Position numbers and translations under genes: made by a program
From: Ranitomeya imitator
Lineage: Eukaryota
Direction of reading: 5' to 3'
Length of the DNA stretch: 64,000 nt
NCBI RefSeq assembly: GCF_032444005.1
Contig: NC_091282.1
Coordinates: 1,203,234,001 to 1,203,298,000 of the forward strand
The notes under the pieces: generated by a model
Told to the model about the DNA's origin: nothing
Databases searched by the model: none
What the model saw: only the letters and a program-made list of their open reading frames with translations
In this document: piece by piece, positions 61,190-64,000 of the stretch
Numbering within the stretch: position 1 is the first letter of the stretch
Layout: each line of letters begins with the position of its first letter

Positions 61190-64000
61190 ACAGCTAGAAC
61201 GATGAGATATCACAATGTAAGAAACAGAATGTCCTATACGCCACCGCAAACCCCGGTAATAGTGGAAACGATGAGACATCACAATGAAAGAAGAGGCACG
61301 TCCTATACACCACCGCTAACCCCGGTAATAGCGGGAATGATGAGACATCACAATGAAAGAAGAGGCACGTCCTATACACCACCGCTAACCCTGGTAATAG
61401 GGAGAACGAGGAGACATCACGATGTAAGAAGCGGCACGTCCTATACACCTCCGCTAACCCCGGTAATAGGGAGAACGAGGAGACGTCACGGTGTAAGAAG
61501 CGGCACGTCCTATACACCACCGCTATCCCCGGTAATAGGGAGAACGAGGAGACATCACGGTGTAAGAAGAGGCACATCCTATACACCTCCGCTAACCCCG
61601 GTAATAGGGAGAACGAGGAGACGTCACGGTGTAAGAAGCGGTACATCCTATACACCACCGCTATCCCCGGTAATAGGGAGAACGAGGAGACATCACGGTG
61701 TAAGAAGCGGCACGTCCTATACACCTCCGCTAACCCCGGTAATAGGGAGAACGAGGAGACGTCACGGTGTAAGAAGCGGCACGTCCTATACACCACCGCT
61801 ATCCCCAGTAATAGGGAGAACGAGGAGACGTCACGGTGTAAGAAGCGGCACGTCCTATACACCACCGCTATCCCCGGTAATAGGGAGAACGAGGAGACGT
61901 CACGGTGTAAGAAGCGGTACATCCTATACACCACCGCTAACCCCGGTAATAGGGAGAACGAGGAGACGTCACGGTGTAAGAAGAGGCACGTCCTATACAT
62001 CACCGCTATCCCCGGTAATAGGGAGAACGAGGAGAAGTCACGGTGTAAGAAGAGGCACATCCTATACACCACCGCTATCCCCGGTAATAGGGAGAACGAG
62101 GAGACGTCACGGTGTAAGAAGAGGCACATCCTATACACCACCGCTATCCCCGGTAATAGGGAGAACGAGGAGACGTCACGGTGTAAGAAGCGGCACGTCC
62201 TATACACCACCGCTATCCCCGGTAATAGGGAGAACGAGGAGACGTCACGGTGTAAGAAGAGGCACATCCTATACACCTCCGCTAACCCCGGTAATAGGGA
62301 GAACGAGGAGACGTCACGGTGTAAGAAGCGGCACGTCCTATACACCACCGCTATCCCCGGTAATAGGGAGAACGAGGAGACGTCACGGTGTAAGAAGCGG
62401 TACGTCCTATACACCACCGCTAACCCCAGTAATAGGGAGAACGAGGAGACATCACGGTGTAAGAAGCGGCACGTCCTATACACCACCGCTAACCCCGCTA
62501 ATAGGGAGAACGAGGAGACGTCACGGTGTAAGAAGCGGCACGTCCTATACACCACCGCTAACCCCGGTAATAGGGAGAACGAGGAGACGTCACGGTGTAA
62601 GAAGCGGCACGTCCTATACACCACCGCTAACCCCGGTAATAGGGAGAACGAGGAGACATCACGGTGTAAGAAGCGGCACGTCCTATACACCACCGCTAAC
62701 CCCGGTAATAGGGAGAACGAGGAGACGTCACGGTGTAAGAAGAGGCACATCCTATACACCACCGCTAACCCCAGTAATAGGGAGGACGAGGAGACATCAC
62801 GGTGTATGAAGCGGCACGTCCTATACACCACCGCTAACCCCGCGAATAGGGAGAACGAGGAGACGTCACGGTGTAAGAAGCGGCACGTCCTATACACCAC
62901 CGCTAACCCCGGTAATAGGGAGAACGAGGAGACGTCACGGTGTAAGAAGAGGCACATCCTATACACCACCGCTAACCCCAGTAATAGGGAGGACGAGGAG
63001 ACATCACGGTGTATGAAGCGGCACGTCCTATACACCACCGCTAACCCCGGTAATAGGGAGAACGAGGAGACATCACGGTGTAAGAAGCGGCACGTCCTAT
63101 ACACCACCGCTAACCCCAGTAATAGGGAGAACGAGGAGACGTCATGGTGTAAGAAGAGGCACGTCCTATACACCACCGCTAACCCCAGTAATAGGGAGAA
63201 CGAGGAGACATCACGGTGTAAGAAGCGGCACGTCCTATACACCACCGCTAACCCCGGTAATAGGGAGAACGAGGAGACGTCACGGTGTAAGAAGAGGCAC
63301 ATCCTATACACCACCGCTAACCCCAGTAATAGGGAGGACGAGGAGACATCACGGTGTATGAAGCGGCACGTCCTATACACCACCGCTAACCCCGGTAATA
63401 GGGAGAACGAGGAGACATCACGGTGTAAGAAGCGGCACGTCCTATACACCACCGCTAACCCCAGTAATAGGGAGAACGAGGAGACGTCACGGTGTAAGAA
63501 GAGGCACGTCCTATACACCACCGCTAACCCCGGTAATAGGGAGAACGAGGAGACGTCACGGTGTAAGAAGCGGTACGTCCTATACACCACCGCTAACCCC
63601 GGTAATAGGGAGAACGAGGAGACGTCACGGTGTAAGAAGCGGCACGTCCTATACACCACCGCTAACCCCAGTAATAGGGAGAACGAGGAGACGTCACGGT
63701 GTAAGAAGAGGCACGTCCTATACACCACCGCTAACCCCGGTAATAGGGAGAACGAGGAGACGTCACGGTGTAAGAAGCGGTACGTCCTATACACCACCGC
63801 TAACCCCGGTAATAGCGAGAACGAGGAGACGTCACGGTGTAAGAAGAGGCACGTCCTATACACCACCGCTAACCCCAGTAATAGGGAGGACGAGGAGACA
63901 TCACGGTGTATGAAGCGGTACGTCCTATACACCACCGCTAACCCCGGTAATAGGGAGAACGAGGAGACATCACGGTGTATGAAGCGGTACGTCCTATACA
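61190..64000. repeat. 69 bp minisatellite (cggtaatagggagaacgaggagacgtcacggtgtaagaagcggcacgtcctatacaccaccgctaaccc)
   Basis: About 40 units with 23 aa periodicity in the ORF track. Runs off the window end. Confidence 0.97.

Noticed and set aside
1-64000. tRNA, rRNA or a second host protein-coding gene
   Set aside because: None recognisable by eye. tRNAscan and spliced alignment would be needed to exclude them.

Overview
Vertebrate genomic DNA, most likely a frog (inferred from the UVSSA sequence and amphibian-type repeat families). There are two assembly gaps (5958-6123, 41549-41742). The only host gene I can support is UVSSA on the minus strand. Seven coding exons (60565-60662 down to 22342-22438) have canonical GT/AG sites and splice in frame to about 417 aa; I could not find the remaining 3' exons in the window. 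The introns are hugely expanded and contain: a near-intact DIRS1-type tyrosine-recombinase retrotransposon with ITR/ICR structure; a second, decayed DIRS interrupted by a 4.4 kb non-autonomous piggyBac-like element; a Penelope-like element (RT plus GIY-YIG) inserted into a minisatellite; CR1, RTE, L2 and Tc1 fragments; TTAA-flanked MITEs; and about ten tandem arrays. Most long ORFs in the track are artefacts of those arrays. The best leads are a predicted spliceosomal intron in DIRS ORF1, a 7 bp core shared by the DIRS circle junction and its target, a minimal hammerhead ribozyme in the Penelope element, and a telomere-like tract carried inside a DNA transposon. All calls come from reading the sequence and recalled family knowledge; no searches were run.
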